Source: Octopus vulgaris (taxonomy: Eukaryota). Taken from it: DNA of 64,000 nt. The translations under genes were made by a program, and so were the position numbers. The notes below the pieces were generated by a model, which was not told the origin of the DNA, did no database searches, and saw only the letters and a list, made by a program, of their open reading frames with translations. Below are positions 14,701-29,406 of the stretch, piece by piece (the first letter of the stretch is position 1; the number at the start of each line of letters is the position of its first letter). Where the stretch lies: contig OX597828.1 of NCBI GenBank assembly GCA_951406725.2, positions 32,302,001-32,366,000 of the forward strand, read 5' to 3'.

Positions 14701-15566
14701 AAATGATACTGTATTACATTACTTTTTTATCAATCATTTTTATTTCGAGGATATTAAATGATGTTGGTACTATGATGTAGAATTTAATTTCTTTGATGAA
14801 TATAATGAAATAACAATCTGATTAGCATATACCATGCATTCAAATACACCCATTCTGAGAGACATAAGAATACTGGACACTGCTATTTTGGGGTAGACTA
14901 ATTTAAATCGCATAAAATTGATAAGTTACACTGTATACATAAATAGATTTTCCTCAGTTTACCGCTTTCGTTGTGGAACTGGAATCATCCATGATACGAT
15001 TTAATAGTATATAACTTGGACAAATTCTACAAATAATTTCAACGATTTTTTCCCAGTCTTCCAAGTGTTTTCGCTATGTTTTTAACGAAGGAAGATAGTC
15101 ATCAACCGTGATTCTCAATTACCAGACCGTAAATAGTACATCCAAACAGAAATCAGAATATGCATTAGGGAGAAAATTTCAGTGTATGTATTTCATTTAA
15201 AACTGGCGTATATATAACAATAAAGTGTTGATTTTAACTAAATCTGATTAAGGTTCGTTTCGAATTATTATGCGTTTTACACGACGGGATTCAGAAAAGA
15301 ACACAAGTTTTACATTGTCATTTTCTGGGGCTGTTATTACCATTTTATTTCACGCAAGATTCTCATTTCATTTGTTACTTGGGAATTATTGTGCAACGAA
15401 TTTCTTTAGTGGGTTATAATTTGATATGATTTTGGATGCCGAAATCATTTTGGCAGTGCTGTTGAGACATTTAGCAAACCGTAAAAACGATATATATATA
15501 TCTCAGGCCGATGTACACACACATTCACAGGCGCGCACGCACGCCAGTACACACACACACACACAC

Positions 15567-15613
<47 letters not shown>

Positions 15614-15614
15614 A

Positions 15615-15960
15615 GATATATATTTCGCTTTTGTATTTGGTTTGCAAGATTCTTTATGTGAATTCGTGTGTTGAAGCATATTTCATTTTGTCTGGGGAGA
15701 GTCATTCTCTTTTAGAGCCTTATTAATTTAACACTCTCCGGTCTCATTTCCACTCATTAACTTATATATTTTTTTACGTTGCGTCTTGCAAACTTTTCAA
15801 TAGTTGTTGACTATATTCAATAATCGAGAGTCAATGACTATTGAAAAGGTTGTAAGACGCAACCAATATTTTAGTAAAAATAGATAAGTTAATGAGTGGA
15901 AATCAGACCGGTGAATGCGTTAAATTAATAAGGCACTAAGAGAGAATGACTCTCCCCAAC
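15615..15960. repeat. Long palindrome (fold-back) of a microsatellite-embedded repeat
   Basis: Arms 15693-15812 and 15829-15958 are reverse complements with a 16-nt spacer. The left flank 15620-15700 is homologous to 38635-38720. Confidence 0.9.
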
Positions 15961-15967
15961 ACAATAT

Positions 15968-16110
<143 letters not shown>

Positions 16111-17029
16111 GGAGACATAAGAACCCCACCCCCCAAAAAAAGGAAGGGGGGAAAAATCGCAAACAGAAAGTCCACAAGAAGGGAAGTGAACGAAGGGTTG
16201 AATTGAGTAATAGAATGAGAATGTGAATGAGGCAGACAGATGAACATATATTTCTATACGTAAATACACAGAATGTGGCAGGTAACAAAAAAACACATTT
16301 CGCACAGCGTGGCACACACGAACAACAACTAGATACACCCACCTTCATTCATGGTCCCGATGAACCCACAATGCGAATGCCTACCAGGGGTTTTGTTTTT
16401 GCTAACAACAAATGAATCATAATCGCGGGATCCTCCCATAGTTTTACGAACATAAACAACCCGCTCCTAATCATGAAAGTCTTTTGCTGATACTCTTCTG
16501 CTCAACACGCCTGAAGGCAGACTCAGCTCTCTTGAGTTTTACAACTGTTTCCCGTATCTAGTTGTTTGAATTGTCTTTAATGTTTTCCCAGAACCCTTAG
16601 ACAACTGAGTGTCAATGGTTAGGTCCTGCAGCTGTCGGTTGGTTAGAATATGCTTAACTCTATTAAATGTTTCTTTCTTATGGTCTCTGCTGACGTATGA
16701 CCCCAGAGAGCTCAAGGTCTTTCCTGACTCTAAGCTTGGAAGATCCGATCCAGTATATTCAACCTAAGGGTCACCGAGTCTGTGTAGCTGGTGTCTTATA
16801 ATATTATGAATATTTTTTAATGTAATCCGACTTACAAGCTTTCATCTTGCTCAATTATCCATCAAGAATTTTACCATTAAACTTCATCTAATAGTATATA
16901 TATTTAAACAAACACCCCACACACAAATGCATATATGTGTGCATGTGTTTGCCTGTCAATGCAATGGGAATTATTAGCGAGAATTATTGACAATACACAC
17001 ATACACACACACACACATACATATAATAA

Positions 17030-17235
17030 ATTAATAAAGCGAAGAAAAAACAAGAAAAAGCAGCAACGTGAGGACGTGGTACATGAAAAGTATTAAAAGA
17101 CGCTCAAGGAAGGAAAGAAAGGGCGTTTTACGTTTCGAGCAAAGCTTTTCTTCAGAAACAGGAGACAGAGGAAAGTCCAAGAGAAATGGAAAATGGCGGA
17201 AAAAGATCGCCAACAATCCTCATGTAGTTACACAC
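17030..17235 (-). mobile_element. Short non-coding retro-cassette (Penelope pLTR-like) carrying a minimal hammerhead motif
   Basis: Contains the HHR motif at 17125-17159, followed on the minus strand by TTCCTTGAGCGTCTTTTAATAC...TTTTTCTTGTTTTTT. This parallels the cassettes at 18716-19170 and 30392-30596. The 3' end abuts a CA/TA tract. Confidence 0.6.
17125..17159 (-). ncRNA. Minimal type I hammerhead ribozyme motif (one stem II mismatch)
   Basis: GUUU-CUGAAGA-A-AAGC-UUU-GCUC-GAAA-CG-UA-AAAC. Stem I is GUUU/AAAC, the core is intact, the ACGU stem III/loop is palindromic, and the cleavage triplet is GUA. Confidence 0.6.
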
Positions 17236-17978
17236 GATTCAGTAGCACATGCCTTCCGCAATATTACAGAAAGTAACAGCAGGTGTATTATAACTTACGA
17301 TATTAACTTTAATACTTGTCACTTGCTAGCTTAATCATACATTTACGTATGAATTTTTGTATATTTCAGATACACACGTGCTTCTATGTCAGCAGCTGTG
17401 TATCGCTGATTACATCTTCTTATCCCTGTGGCAGTATTTTATGTTTTTCTCTAAGATTTCCTATTTATCTGAAGTACCTCAATTTAAAGCAAGTCGCTTT
17501 GCACAAATTCGATTTAGCAAAGAACTGATACGTTACCAATTCTATAATTTCCGTACCTTTCAATATAACATTCTATATCATGCAATGTGTTACGTTTCTC
17601 ATATTTAATTTTCATAAATGCTTGGATCCGCTTAACAAGGAGTGACAATGATGCCACGTCGGATGATTTCACAAGAGACTCGTGGCCAGAAAGACAGCAT
17701 TCCTTTTCTATTATAGCAATACGACATAGATTAAGAAAACATTCTTCAAATCTGCTCAGGACATTGATGTTCATCAATCTGCTTCAAGTTTTAATTTTTC
17801 ATACCCACTAGGCTTTTAATCGCCCTCCATTCACAACGAAATATTTGGGACCATGTTGTTAATAATTTCCATTGAAATGACGTTACATATTCTGCAAAAG
17901 AATGGGTGAGAGAGTGAAAATGAAAGTAAGGAAGATAGATTCACGCGCGCGCACGCACACACACACACAAACACACAT

Positions 17979-18038
<60 letters not shown>

Positions 18039-18039
18039 G

Positions 18040-18300
18040 AGAACTCATGACTTAGTGGTCTGAGTGTGGCATTCACTATCGCGAGGTCACGGTTTGACTG
18101 CCTAGACCGGTTTATGTACTGAATTCTCTGCGATCACTTCGACTCCTGACGAGTGGTACACAGTACACCTGGCCACGCAACGTCGATTTGATTTAGGTGG
18201 TGAGCTAATGTACATGACATACATTTGATCGCTATAAAAAATCATTTCTGCAGGACGTTCGGAAAATGCTAAACTTTCATGCGTCGTTTTTAACGGGTGA
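18040..18300 (+). mobile_element. Diverged tRNA-SINE (family C-like head)
   Basis: CATGACTTAGTGGTCTGAGTG...CACTATCGCGAGGTCACGGTTTGACTGCC, a decayed A/B box head. Confidence 0.55.
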
Positions 18301-18367
18301 CATGTATATATAAATCACAGTAAAGTCTGTTCGAACGAACAGCAGTGTTGAAGTGGGTACAAACATT

Positions 18368-18542
<175 letters not shown>

Positions 18543-18553
18543 GACGAAATATG

Positions 18554-18589
<36 letters not shown>

Positions 18590-18669
18590 GACGAAATATG
18601 ATACTCAGAAATTTCGATGGTTTTATATTTATATACAGAATTTTATTAATACGTCACGTGTTTTTATAA

Positions 18670-18715
<46 letters not shown>

Positions 18716-18716
<1 letters not shown>

Positions 18717-19167
18717 CGCCTTCATCCACTCTAGTGGAATCTGCAAATTTTTCTAAGTACCTTATTTCTTGTAACATATAATACCTGTACATCAGCTCCA
18801 AAACTTCTAAGATATACAAACGCATAGGTCAATCAAAAACCAGCCCAATTTCACACGCACACACGTACTTTCTTATACGTGCACGCACCTTCGTTGTGGG
18901 GGTCATTTTACTTTGTTATCTCCCCTACTACTTCGCTCTCCTGTCTGACACTTCTGCCCGGGAGTGGCCATGACAGATTGTTAGCCACTACACACACTTT
19001 TTCTTCTCTCCTAGTTTCTCTCCTTGTTTTTTTTCTATGTCCTTTTCTGTAGAGGAGAGTAGGCTAGAAACGTAAAAGACTTTTTCAATTCCCGAGCGTT
19101 ATGCTAATACATTTGTTTGTTTTCTCCGTCACCTGTTTCGTCTTTTGTTTTTTTCGTGAACTCACCC

Positions 19168-19170
<3 letters not shown>
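18716..19170 (+). mobile_element. (TA)n-embedded non-coding cassette with hammerhead-like motif
   Basis: Flanked on both sides by (TA)n. Its 3' ~200 bp is homologous to 30400-30596 (TTAGCCACTACA...CTGTAGA.GAG.GTAGGCT.GAAACGTAAAAGACTTTTT). Confidence 0.7.
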
Positions 19171-19242
<72 letters not shown>

Positions 19243-19257
19243 TTTATATATATATAT

Positions 19258-20199
19258 AAAGAAAACAAAAATGGAACAATAATGTAACGGGCGACAACAA
19301 AACATCCGGACAGTTAGACGATACAAAGGACAGGTCATTCGGACTGTTCTATCTTCAGTTGAGTTTCGGATTTTTTCAGCAGTTTCGCCCGGTTACACTC
19401 GGGGCTGCTCCAATCTAATCTAAGAGCACTAAATTCCGTGACAAAAAACAAGCGAATGTATACGAAAACAAGGACGGGAAACGGAGATATATTGCATAAA
19501 CATAAACAGGACATGAACAACAGGTGTCTTTCGACTAAGGACGAATTAATTTTAGCAGGAGTTTGTGGAAGTGAAGCTCTACGGTAGGAACATTAGGGAC
19601 GAAAGTCACGAGAAGGAATATAGATGTTTCACATTTGGTAGTCGAACCAGGGAAGAAACGTCAGGCTTGGCGGAACACCGCTCACATGGAAGGAGAGGGG
19701 AGAGGGATATAAGAATTAGGGAGGGACGAGATAGAAAAAAAGAAAAGAGACAGAGTGAGGTGAAAGAGGAGGTAAGGTGAGAATGAAAGAAAGGCCAAGA
19801 AATGTGTGAGAGAGAGAGAGAGAGAGAGTGAGTGAGAAAAAGAAGAATGGAAAGAACTAAGTAAGTCCGAAGGGGCTGAACGGAAGAATAAGAGAGTCGT
19901 ACAGAATTTAGGTAGATATATATGTACTTACATATAAGAGACCAAAAGTGTGTACCTTCGCCGCTATATTCTCTTTTAGCTAGCTACTCTTTCTCTTTTA
20001 CTTGTTTCAGTCATTTGACTGTGGCTATGCTGGAGCACCGCCTTTAGTCGAGCAAATCGACCCCGGGACTTATTCTTTGTAAGCCCAGTACTTATTCTAT
20101 CGGTCTCTTTTGCCGAACCGCTAAGTGACGGGGACGTAAACACGCCAGCATCGGTTGTCAAGCAATGCTAGGGGGACAAACACAGACACCCAAACATAT

Positions 20200-20254
<55 letters not shown>

Positions 20255-20545
20255 TACGACAGGCTTCTTTCAGTTTCCGTCTACCAAATCCACTCACAAG
20301 GCATTGGTCGGTCCGGGGCTATAGCCAGAAGATACTTGCCCAAGGTGCCACGCAGTGGGACTGAACCCGGAACCATGTGGTTGGTAAGCAAGCTACTTAC
20401 CACACAGCCACTCCTGCGCCTATGTATAAATAATAAAGAAAAAAATGGAACAAGAACTTAACAGGCGGCAACCAAACATCCCGACAGTTAGACGATACAA
20501 AAAAGGACAGGAAAAAACAAGGACGGGTCATTGGTAGTTTTCTAT
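19258..20545 (-). mobile_element. Penelope-like pLTR relic with partial direct repeat, interrupted by a SINE
   Basis: AAAATGGAACAA...AACATCC.GACAGTTAGACGATACAAA.GGACAGG occurs at ~19261-19345 and again at ~20437-20540. SINE A lies between them, and hammerhead-like half cores are at 19354-19405. Confidence 0.5.
19985..20420 (-). mobile_element. SINE family A, full length, low divergence
   Basis: Reverse complement of the family A consensus, ending at CACACAGCCACTCCTGCGCC, with internal (CA)n(TA)n. Confidence 0.92.
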
Positions 20546-21519
20546 ATGTATTAAGTATTTATGTATGTATATATGTATGTATGTTATATATTTATGTAGA
20601 TGTGTTTCTTTGCACATATACACATGTGTATATGAGCGTTGTTGCGTGAATGTAAGATGTCCTTTTTTAGCCAGTAATCTCAGTAATCTCAGTAATAACA
20701 CTTCATTAAATAATTCCAGCTAATAAACGAAAAAAATTTAATTACATAATTTATAGTGAGACTCGAAATCATTTTTGATTTCTTTAAAAAGAAATGGATA
20801 TTTTGAAATTATGCCATTAAATTTCAGGAATATTTCGCAGACATAAATATTTCTCCAAAAAAAGAAAATCATTTATAGTTCGCGATATAGATACCATTCG
20901 AGCTTAAGTCTGAATATATTGACCTTGTCTCGTATTAATAATAAGAAGACGGATATAACTTCAACGTTGTTTATTGGAGACAAAATAATATTAGAATGAT
21001 ATTACCTACTCAGGAAATAAGAAAATGGATGGAAAATATTCCATCTCAGTCTACTTTATTCAGTTAGTATTGGCAATCAAAAGAATACATAGAAGAGAGA
21101 GAGAGAGAGAGAAAATGTAAAATAACATAATGATGAGTTGAATGGTGTACTGCGGCATAATATCACAAGATTACAAAAATGTTAGGATATGTATCACAAT
21201 GCAAATAACGAGATTGCAAAGCAATATAAAATAGTTTTACATTCTTGTTCAGATTAAGTAGAAAACTAATGCAGTGTGAGCATATACAAGAATATACACA
21301 GCTATACTCCCTCCCCCACGCAAACACACACACAAACACACACAAAAAAAAAATATGCACAAAGACAATTGTAGAAATTCGAAGTGGAATCCATACATAA
21401 ATACACAAACTCACACGGACATGAGAGTTTGTGTGATTGTCTATGCTTGCATTACCGCAACAGTGAGTAAATCTATCTGTGCATAATTCTTACCCTACAT
21501 CTATATATAACAATACGTT

Positions 21520-21528
21520 TATATATAC

Positions 21529-21627
<99 letters not shown>

Positions 21628-21642
21628 CATACATTTATATAT

Positions 21643-21712
<70 letters not shown>

Positions 21713-21985
21713 TATTATTATTATGAGTATTATTATTGTTATTTTCTCTTTATCACAAGTTTTGTTGGAGCTCCTGGAGTCTTATATGCTTAGCGGGCTT
21801 ACTACCTGCAGCCTACGGTACCATGCGATTCGTTCTTTTCAGCTGTCTAAAACTTTCCTAGTTATTCCGACATACATAGACAGACAGACAGGCAGACAAA
21901 TAGACAGATAGACAGACAGATAGATAGATAGATACATACATACATACATACATACATACATACATACATACATACATACATAGAT
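21520..21985. repeat. (TA)n/(TG)n, (TAT)n ~80 bp, (AGAC/AGAT)n and (CATA)n microsatellites
   Basis: Direct reading. Source of the poly-Y and poly-I ORFs. Confidence 0.95.
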
Positions 21986-22378
21986 TACTCCAGACAATTG
22001 TATAAAAATTCCTACATGACATCATACATATATGTTCTTTTTATGCATACAATGGAAATTCTTCCCTTTCTCTATATCTATCCTCACTTTGATGCAACAC
22101 ATGATTTATGATGAAAGGAAGTTTTGCACATTTATTAAAATTGTATAAAATTATACACGCCTTCCACTTTGGGAAGAAAATTATAGTTATAAAAATAATA
22201 TTTCTATCATAAATTCGTACTGAGCAACAATGTTCCAAATAAAAATTCTCACATACTTATATATCGTAGTATGTTCAGCTGTCACACAAATATAAAAATA
22301 GTGGTTGTATTCTCACACTCTCACACAGACACCAGAAGCACACTCATACAAATACCCACATACACACACACGTGTATA

Positions 22379-22490
<112 letters not shown>

Positions 22491-22759
22491 CACGCACAGA
22501 CATACAAGACGGACAAATAAACACAGAGAGGGTAGAGATGAGGGAAAAGGCCGAAATATATTCCTATTGGTGTGTCAGAGCAATTTGCTCGACTCTCCAT
22601 TATGTTTCAATTTAATTTTTGAACAGTTTTAAAGAATAAGTCAATAATATATGGTATTTATTTTTCACAAAGTTTAGCAAATACTACCACTAGCTTTTTA
22701 GAGATTTGACAGTAGACATTACTGGTTACCGTCTCTAATTATTCGTTCGAGCTACCCTA

Positions 22760-23092
22760 TCGTCATAATGTTGTTGGACGAAACGACCCGGAGACTATTG
22801 GTGAGCGACAGCCAAAAGTCGGTAATCTGAAGTCTCTCTGCAAGCAGAATACGTTTGGGTCGATAGAACGTCTCCACATTAGTATTGAATAGCTTTCTGT
22901 TCAAATCAGCGACGTAGTCTTAAACGTGGTCGTGCTCAATAAATACTCCGGGACTCATGTCAGGTTGTTTCAGCTGTATTTCAAAGTTGAAATGGTTCGA
23001 ATGTAAATCCCTACATTGACTTGTGGTTGTTTTCCGTCATTTTCAAATAGATTATCCCTTCACAGTCACATCAAAGCCAAATAATGATCTTG
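22760..23092 (-). pseudogene. Highly decayed mariner (DD34D) transposase fragment
   Basis: Reverse translation with frameshifts gives KIIIWL*CDCEGIIYLKM..VN..IQLKQPDMSPGVFIEHDHV..KAIQ..GDVLSTQTYSA..TSDYRL..SLTNSLRVVS. This is collinear with WWDxxGII...LLxHDNARPH...WEVLPHPPYSPDLAPSDxHLFRSL. Confidence 0.65.
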
Positions 23093-23679
23093 TACGTACG
23101 TAAGACTCGTTAGGTGAACATGTCCGAATTTCGAAGTCGCATGCAGCCTTGTAAATTTAATATATACGTGCTTGAGAAAATGTATATATATATATACGTA
23201 TGTGAGTGTGTTTATTTGCGTATGTATATATGTATTCATATATGTATTTATGTATCTAAGTATCTCTGTATGTATGTGATGTCCTAACTCATACATATTT
23301 ACAAAATACTGAATCATGTAATATGCTTTGATATAAAGTTAGCACGCTATTACTGACGAGATATGTGCGTAATTTATCTAGCCATAGATAGAAAAAAAGA
23401 AGAATTATTACAGGCGTTGTAAAGCAAATCAATCGGATATTGAAACCGCATGGCGCGGTTTCTACGTATTACAATAATTTAATTTGTAAATAAATAAAAG
23501 GTTATAACGACGTCAAAGCATCACTGGATTTCATAGAAGCGACAGACAAAAGGATTTCATTTTTACCATTACTTATGTACAAATCAATATAGATTAATTT
23601 ATCTTAATTATTTCTTCATAATCTAGTATGAATGCATATACGTAGTACATATACTTCAATATGCAGTAGTGCACTTATA

Positions 23680-23680
23680 A

Positions 23681-23741
<61 letters not shown>

Positions 23742-23779
23742 AATATCAATTTATACGTATGTATATATTTATATATGTA

Positions 23780-23834
<55 letters not shown>

Positions 23835-23889
23835 AATATATAATTATATATATGTATGTTTATATATGCACACATATATACAATCATAC

Positions 23890-23920
<31 letters not shown>

Positions 23921-24004
23921 GGATAGCTTTGCTTGTTCATATGTGTGTATTCATATAAAATTAATATTAGTTTCATTATCTGGCAAAATACAAATATAAA
24001 TAAA

Positions 24005-24057
<53 letters not shown>

Positions 24058-24606
24058 ATACTATGTCAGAGAATTCATAAACTCATTAAAATTGTCGTTC
24101 GTTCATAAACCACATTCAAAGAAAATACTCTTTCATAATATGCTTATGTACAAAATATATCTTTAAGTTATATTTTTCCTGTGAAATCTATTTAGTTTCA
24201 ATATTTATGTATTTAATAAGAATTACGTGGTAGCATGGATGACAGTTTTGTGGCTGGCTGTATGTAAATGTGTGTCTATAGCTGTATATCATTTATACAA
24301 TTTATATGTGTGTGATATCCTTTAATAAACATTTGCATATACAGTTTCATCGTTATTGAATATTATTTCCTCTTAACACTCTCTGTACCCAAATTCTTAG
24401 TTATTACTTTAAATATATATTTATTTATATTCATATGTACTTATATATTAAATATATATATTTGCAGATTTATATGTGTGTGCGCACGCGCTCCAGTGTG
24501 TATGTGAGAGCACAAAAATGTATGTATTTTTGTGTGATCCTGAGTGTGGGTGCGTTTGTCTGCGTGTATATAAATAAATATACATATATATATATATATT
24601 GTATGT

Positions 24607-24645
<39 letters not shown>

Positions 24646-24669
24646 GTATATATATGTATATATATGTAC

Positions 24670-24719
<50 letters not shown>

Positions 24720-24791
24720 GTATATATATGTGTGTACGTATATATGTTTATATATATACATACATATACATATACATATATATGCATATAC

Positions 24792-24862
<71 letters not shown>

Positions 24863-24870
24863 TATGTAGG
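23680..24870. repeat. Extended TA-rich microsatellite field
   Basis: Multiple (TA)n and TACA tracts; direct reading. Confidence 0.9.
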
Positions 24871-25512
24871 TAGGTAGATATGCATATGATGTATGTATTA
24901 ATACGTATATCTCCATCTATATCTATATCATTAGCTCTGTCTCCCTCTCACGCTATAAATATCTATATATTGTTTATTTACTCCCATAATCACACATGTT
25001 TTCTCGCTCATCTATCAACTCTCATACATTATATTCTTATATTTATAGATATTTCTCTTCATATTTTCATATCAGAAATTTTTTTTTGCGCTCATCTGTA
25101 ATCGCGATTTACTTTTAAAATTGCGTTATTGTCAATTTAAATCACCTAAGTTTCTATTTAAATCATGAGATTTCTATATTTTACTTGTTTAATGAGAAAA
25201 AATAACACAATTTCTTTAAAACCCTATTTCAATATCTTGCTAAGGCATTTTAATAGCAAAAAAATAATTTCATTTCTTTCCATGAATAACTTTTTGACGT
25301 TTCACTAATATATTTGCATTATGTATCTAACTTTATATCCATGAATAACTTCTAAAGGTTTTATAAAAGACTGATGGCGTTTAATGACATTTTTTTTCTA
25401 TTCTATCACAGACAAATATAGAGCGTTCTTTTGATTTATTTTTCTATCTATCAATACATCTTATGCAAGCAATTCCAATATCTCTTACAGGAAATTTAGT
25501 GTAGAATGATAC

Positions 25513-25680
<168 letters not shown>

Positions 25681-26966
25681 ATAGGTATATATATACATAT
25701 AAATATAAATATTAAAATGAACAATATATATATATATATATATATATACAGTATATGACAGATATGAAATATTAACTGCGATTAAAAGTAGAAATCTCTC
25801 GACAGCGATGAGAGCGAAATCGAGAAAGAAAGAAAGGAAGGAAGGAAGGACGAAAGAAAGAGTGTATAGGATTTACATGTAAGTGATAATCTATCCATCT
25901 CTCCCTCATTTCCTGTATCTCTCTAGCGAGAGAGTTATACATTTAAACATCGCTGCTACTATATCTCACTGTGAATCAATTGTCTGTTGTTACTTCTTCC
26001 TCCGATATTTTCGTATCATATTAGTATTTCTATTAGTAATATTACAACACTTTTTAAACTATTGATAGTGTACTGTTTAGTTGTGTTTTATTCATTCAGT
26101 TCGCAATCGATTTTTGCGTCATGACAAAGTACATCTCTTTTCCTATATTTACTTTGCTCAACAACCGTACTAAAGATGTATGTGTGTATGCAAATTATAT
26201 ATATATACATGTATATGTGTGTGTGTTTGTGTGTGTGTGTCTGTGTCTGTGTGTGTGAGTATGTGTGTGTGTGTGTATATATATATATAACTTTGTATAC
26301 AAATATTTATTTATTCTACTAATTTAAGTAGTCGAGGCAGAATGTTTCAGAATTTAGTTTTGTAATAATGTCTCTATTGTTCTACATTGTTATTTGGTAT
26401 CAGTTTTTTGTTTGAGTCTCTGTTTCAGACGAACATTATCTTTAAATATCTTGGAACGGAAGTTATTTTCCAACAGTCATGTATCCAATTAGAATCTGTA
26501 GGAAACTATGCGTATACTACTAGTTGTCTTAGTCTTTCCAATCGTTTAGAAATTAGAACTTGATTTCTCTCCAAACCTCAAAGTCCTGTACGTAATAATG
26601 AAGTTGTTAGCATTATATTCCATATGTTGCTAAAGTATCACATCTTTAGCTTGTAACGGCAACCCAGTTGTATCTCGTTCATCATGTTTAAATGCATAGA
26701 AAATACTGAGTGTCTTGCAATGACAATGGGCGGTTTAGTTTTGGTAGTTTTCAATCCTTACTTCAATGTTTAATTTGGCAAAGTTTCGCTGTGTAGTTTT
26801 CCGTCTTTAAAGGTATTTTGTCAGATGTAAAGATATGTCTGTAAAAAAAAAAACACGATACTCACGGAGACTTATAATTTGCTGTTCTCTTTATCAAGCT
26901 AGAGTTATGATTCGGAGTTCAAACGATTCAGACTCTTCTTTCTTACAAAGGGAACAGGAATTTCCC

Positions 26967-27360
26967 TGCAGGAGTCGCTCTGTGCTAAGTAGCTTGCTTA
27001 CTAACCACATGGTTCCGGGTTCAGTAGCACTGCGTGGCACCTTGTGTAATGTATTCTACTATAGCCTCGGGCCGATCAAAGCCTTGTGAGTGGATCTAGT
27101 AGACACAAACTGAAAGAAGGCCCGGCGTATCTATGTGTGTGTGTGTGTGTGTTTTGTGTGTCTGTGTTTGTCCCCCGAACATTGCTTGGGAACCGATGCT
27201 GGTATGTTTACATCCACGTAACGTAGCTGTTTGGCAAACAAGACCGATAGAATAAGTACTAAGATTACAACGAATAAGTTGTGGGGTCGATTTGCTTGAC
27301 CAAAGGCGGTGCTCCAGCATGGCCACAGTCAAATGACTGAAACAAATAAAGGACTAAAAG
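26967..27360 (+). mobile_element. SINE family A, full length
   Basis: TGCAGGAGTCGCTCTGTGCTAAG...GGTTCCGGGTTCAG...GGCGGTGCTCCAGCATGGCCACAGTCAAATGACTGAAAC. Confidence 0.9.
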
Positions 27361-29210
27361 AAAATGAAATAATAGCCTCCATGCAATATGCACCATGCTT
27401 TAAAGCAGAAAGGACGGACTGATCATCACATGAAGCATTTTGATTATTCGTTTGGTTCATTAACGCTTACTTGGGCTCTGAGGAAGAACGATAAGATTTA
27501 AACGAATAAAGTTAAGATAGCATTTATTTTGAGATCTTATAACTAACATTCAATTCTTACACCACTCAGATCTGGGATCTCGGGCCCCATGCTTAACTTT
27601 CCATTCCAATTGGGCTCCTTAGCAATAGAAAAAGTAAACAGAAATTGTTACATATACAGCTCAAGAGTAACGATTGCAGACAAACTAATGGACAGAATGC
27701 GCAGCATCATCTTTTTCTACGTGTGTTGTCCATTACCACATTACCGGGTATCCTGCAGAAATGACGCTTAACTTATTCCAGCTATAGCGATAATACGGCG
27801 TGACAGGTTTTAATCATTATCATTTTCTTCGCATTTTATCTGAGAATCTCAAGCAATTAGCACTCGGATTTCGGTTTACTTTCTCTATGGCAAAAACCTA
27901 TGTTATTTTAATGAGATATTGTCTGTCATTCGTGTTTCCATCTGTCATTTAATGCCTTATCCTCAAGCTACGTATCTGAATTCAAGTAAATTTCCCACTA
28001 GAGTTTCTTTAGTTAGGCCATTGTTTCTAAAAGCTGAAAAAACTTATGTCGCTATTTCTATATGAACAACAATCACATGTGAAATGACGATCCTGATTTA
28101 AGTTTGACAATATCTCGCCTACAGTGTCTACTAAGACCAACACGAATCCGTTCTTGTCAGTATTTCTGTTAACAAAGATTTCATTTTCCCACATCATATA
28201 AACATATATTTATTTAAATAATAATTTCTTTTTAACTACCTCCACTTTTCTTCCACTTGCTAACAAAGTTTTTATTTTCTTTCTCCCGTTAAGAGGGAAA
28301 TTTCAAATACTTGAATATATTTTTAGTAAGTCACACTGCATATCAATCTTTATCGAACCACAATATTTATCTTATTCATTTAAGTATATTCCCAGGTCAG
28401 TTATGCCGCATTTATAATTTTTTATCACTTAAATACCACCTTGAACAACTTTGTATCTGAGAAAATCATAGTCATTTATTCCAAATGAGTATATTTCATA
28501 TATTAAATGCGCAGAATTACGTGTTAGTATTTTCTTTCCCTCACATATCCGTTCAAATTTCCCTTTAATCATCATCTACGGTGTTTGCAAAGTAAGCTGG
28601 CATTAAACTATGTTCTCTAAGATACATTACGTCTACCGAATGTAAAAGTTTGAAATGTTTTGGTTATATGCATACTTAATAAAAGCTTGAATGTAGCTAA
28701 ACAACAACTGATGTTGAGAAGCGTTTTTAAATCAAGACTTGTCGTCGAAAGGTATACAATGATGGACATTTTCCTTATATGAATTTATATTGTAAAACCT
28801 AGGAACGGAGTTAATGGAATGCCAGTTATTTCTTCAAAACGATTGTTTGAAAAAATAAGCGATTCAGATATATCGTGAATTTAAGTCTGGGTGCAATATT
28901 GCCTTCAACAAGAGGCACAAGGCCAATGCTTGTCTGATACTATATACATCAATCCCGAGGTTGTACGGAGAACTCAAATCGGGACATGAGTGATAATACT
29001 GGTTATAAATTTTCAAGTAAGAGCAGCAATTTCAGGGCAACGAGGAATAAGTCAATTACATCTTCCTCAATACATAGTTTTTATAATCTGGTTCTAATTC
29101 TATCAATCAAATTGGCTAAACAGGTAAGTTACGGGTACATAAACAAGCCATCATCGTTTCTCAATCAGTTGTGTAGAAAATACAGACATACACACACACA
29201 CAACATACAC

Positions 29211-29406
29211 GGGCTCGGATTGGTCGAGGAATGTCACGCGGTGTAACGGTTTGATGTTGGTATATGGGTAACAGATCTTCTTCAAGAACCTGACCGATTT
29301 CCTCACCACCACGCGGCCGATTTCCAGTTCAACATGCGGTATTTACCAACTAACTGCTACCCATATACCGACATCAAGCGTGACTTGCCTTGACCAATCG
29401 CAGTCC
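29211..29406. mobile_element. MITE-like element with ~45-55 bp terminal inverted repeats
   Basis: The left arm is GATTGGTCGAGGAATGTCACGC[11-bp insert]TTGATGTTGGTATATGGGTAACAG. The reverse complement of the right arm is GATTGGTCAAGGCAAGTCACGCTTGATGTCGGTATATGGGTAGCAG. Confidence 0.75.

Noticed and set aside
16400-16800. Possible decayed L1/Tx1-like 3' region
   Set aside because: No diagnostic motif was recovered in any frame.
26400-26940. Unique coding-like stretch, possible DNA transposon relic
   Set aside because: No recognisable motif on manual translation.
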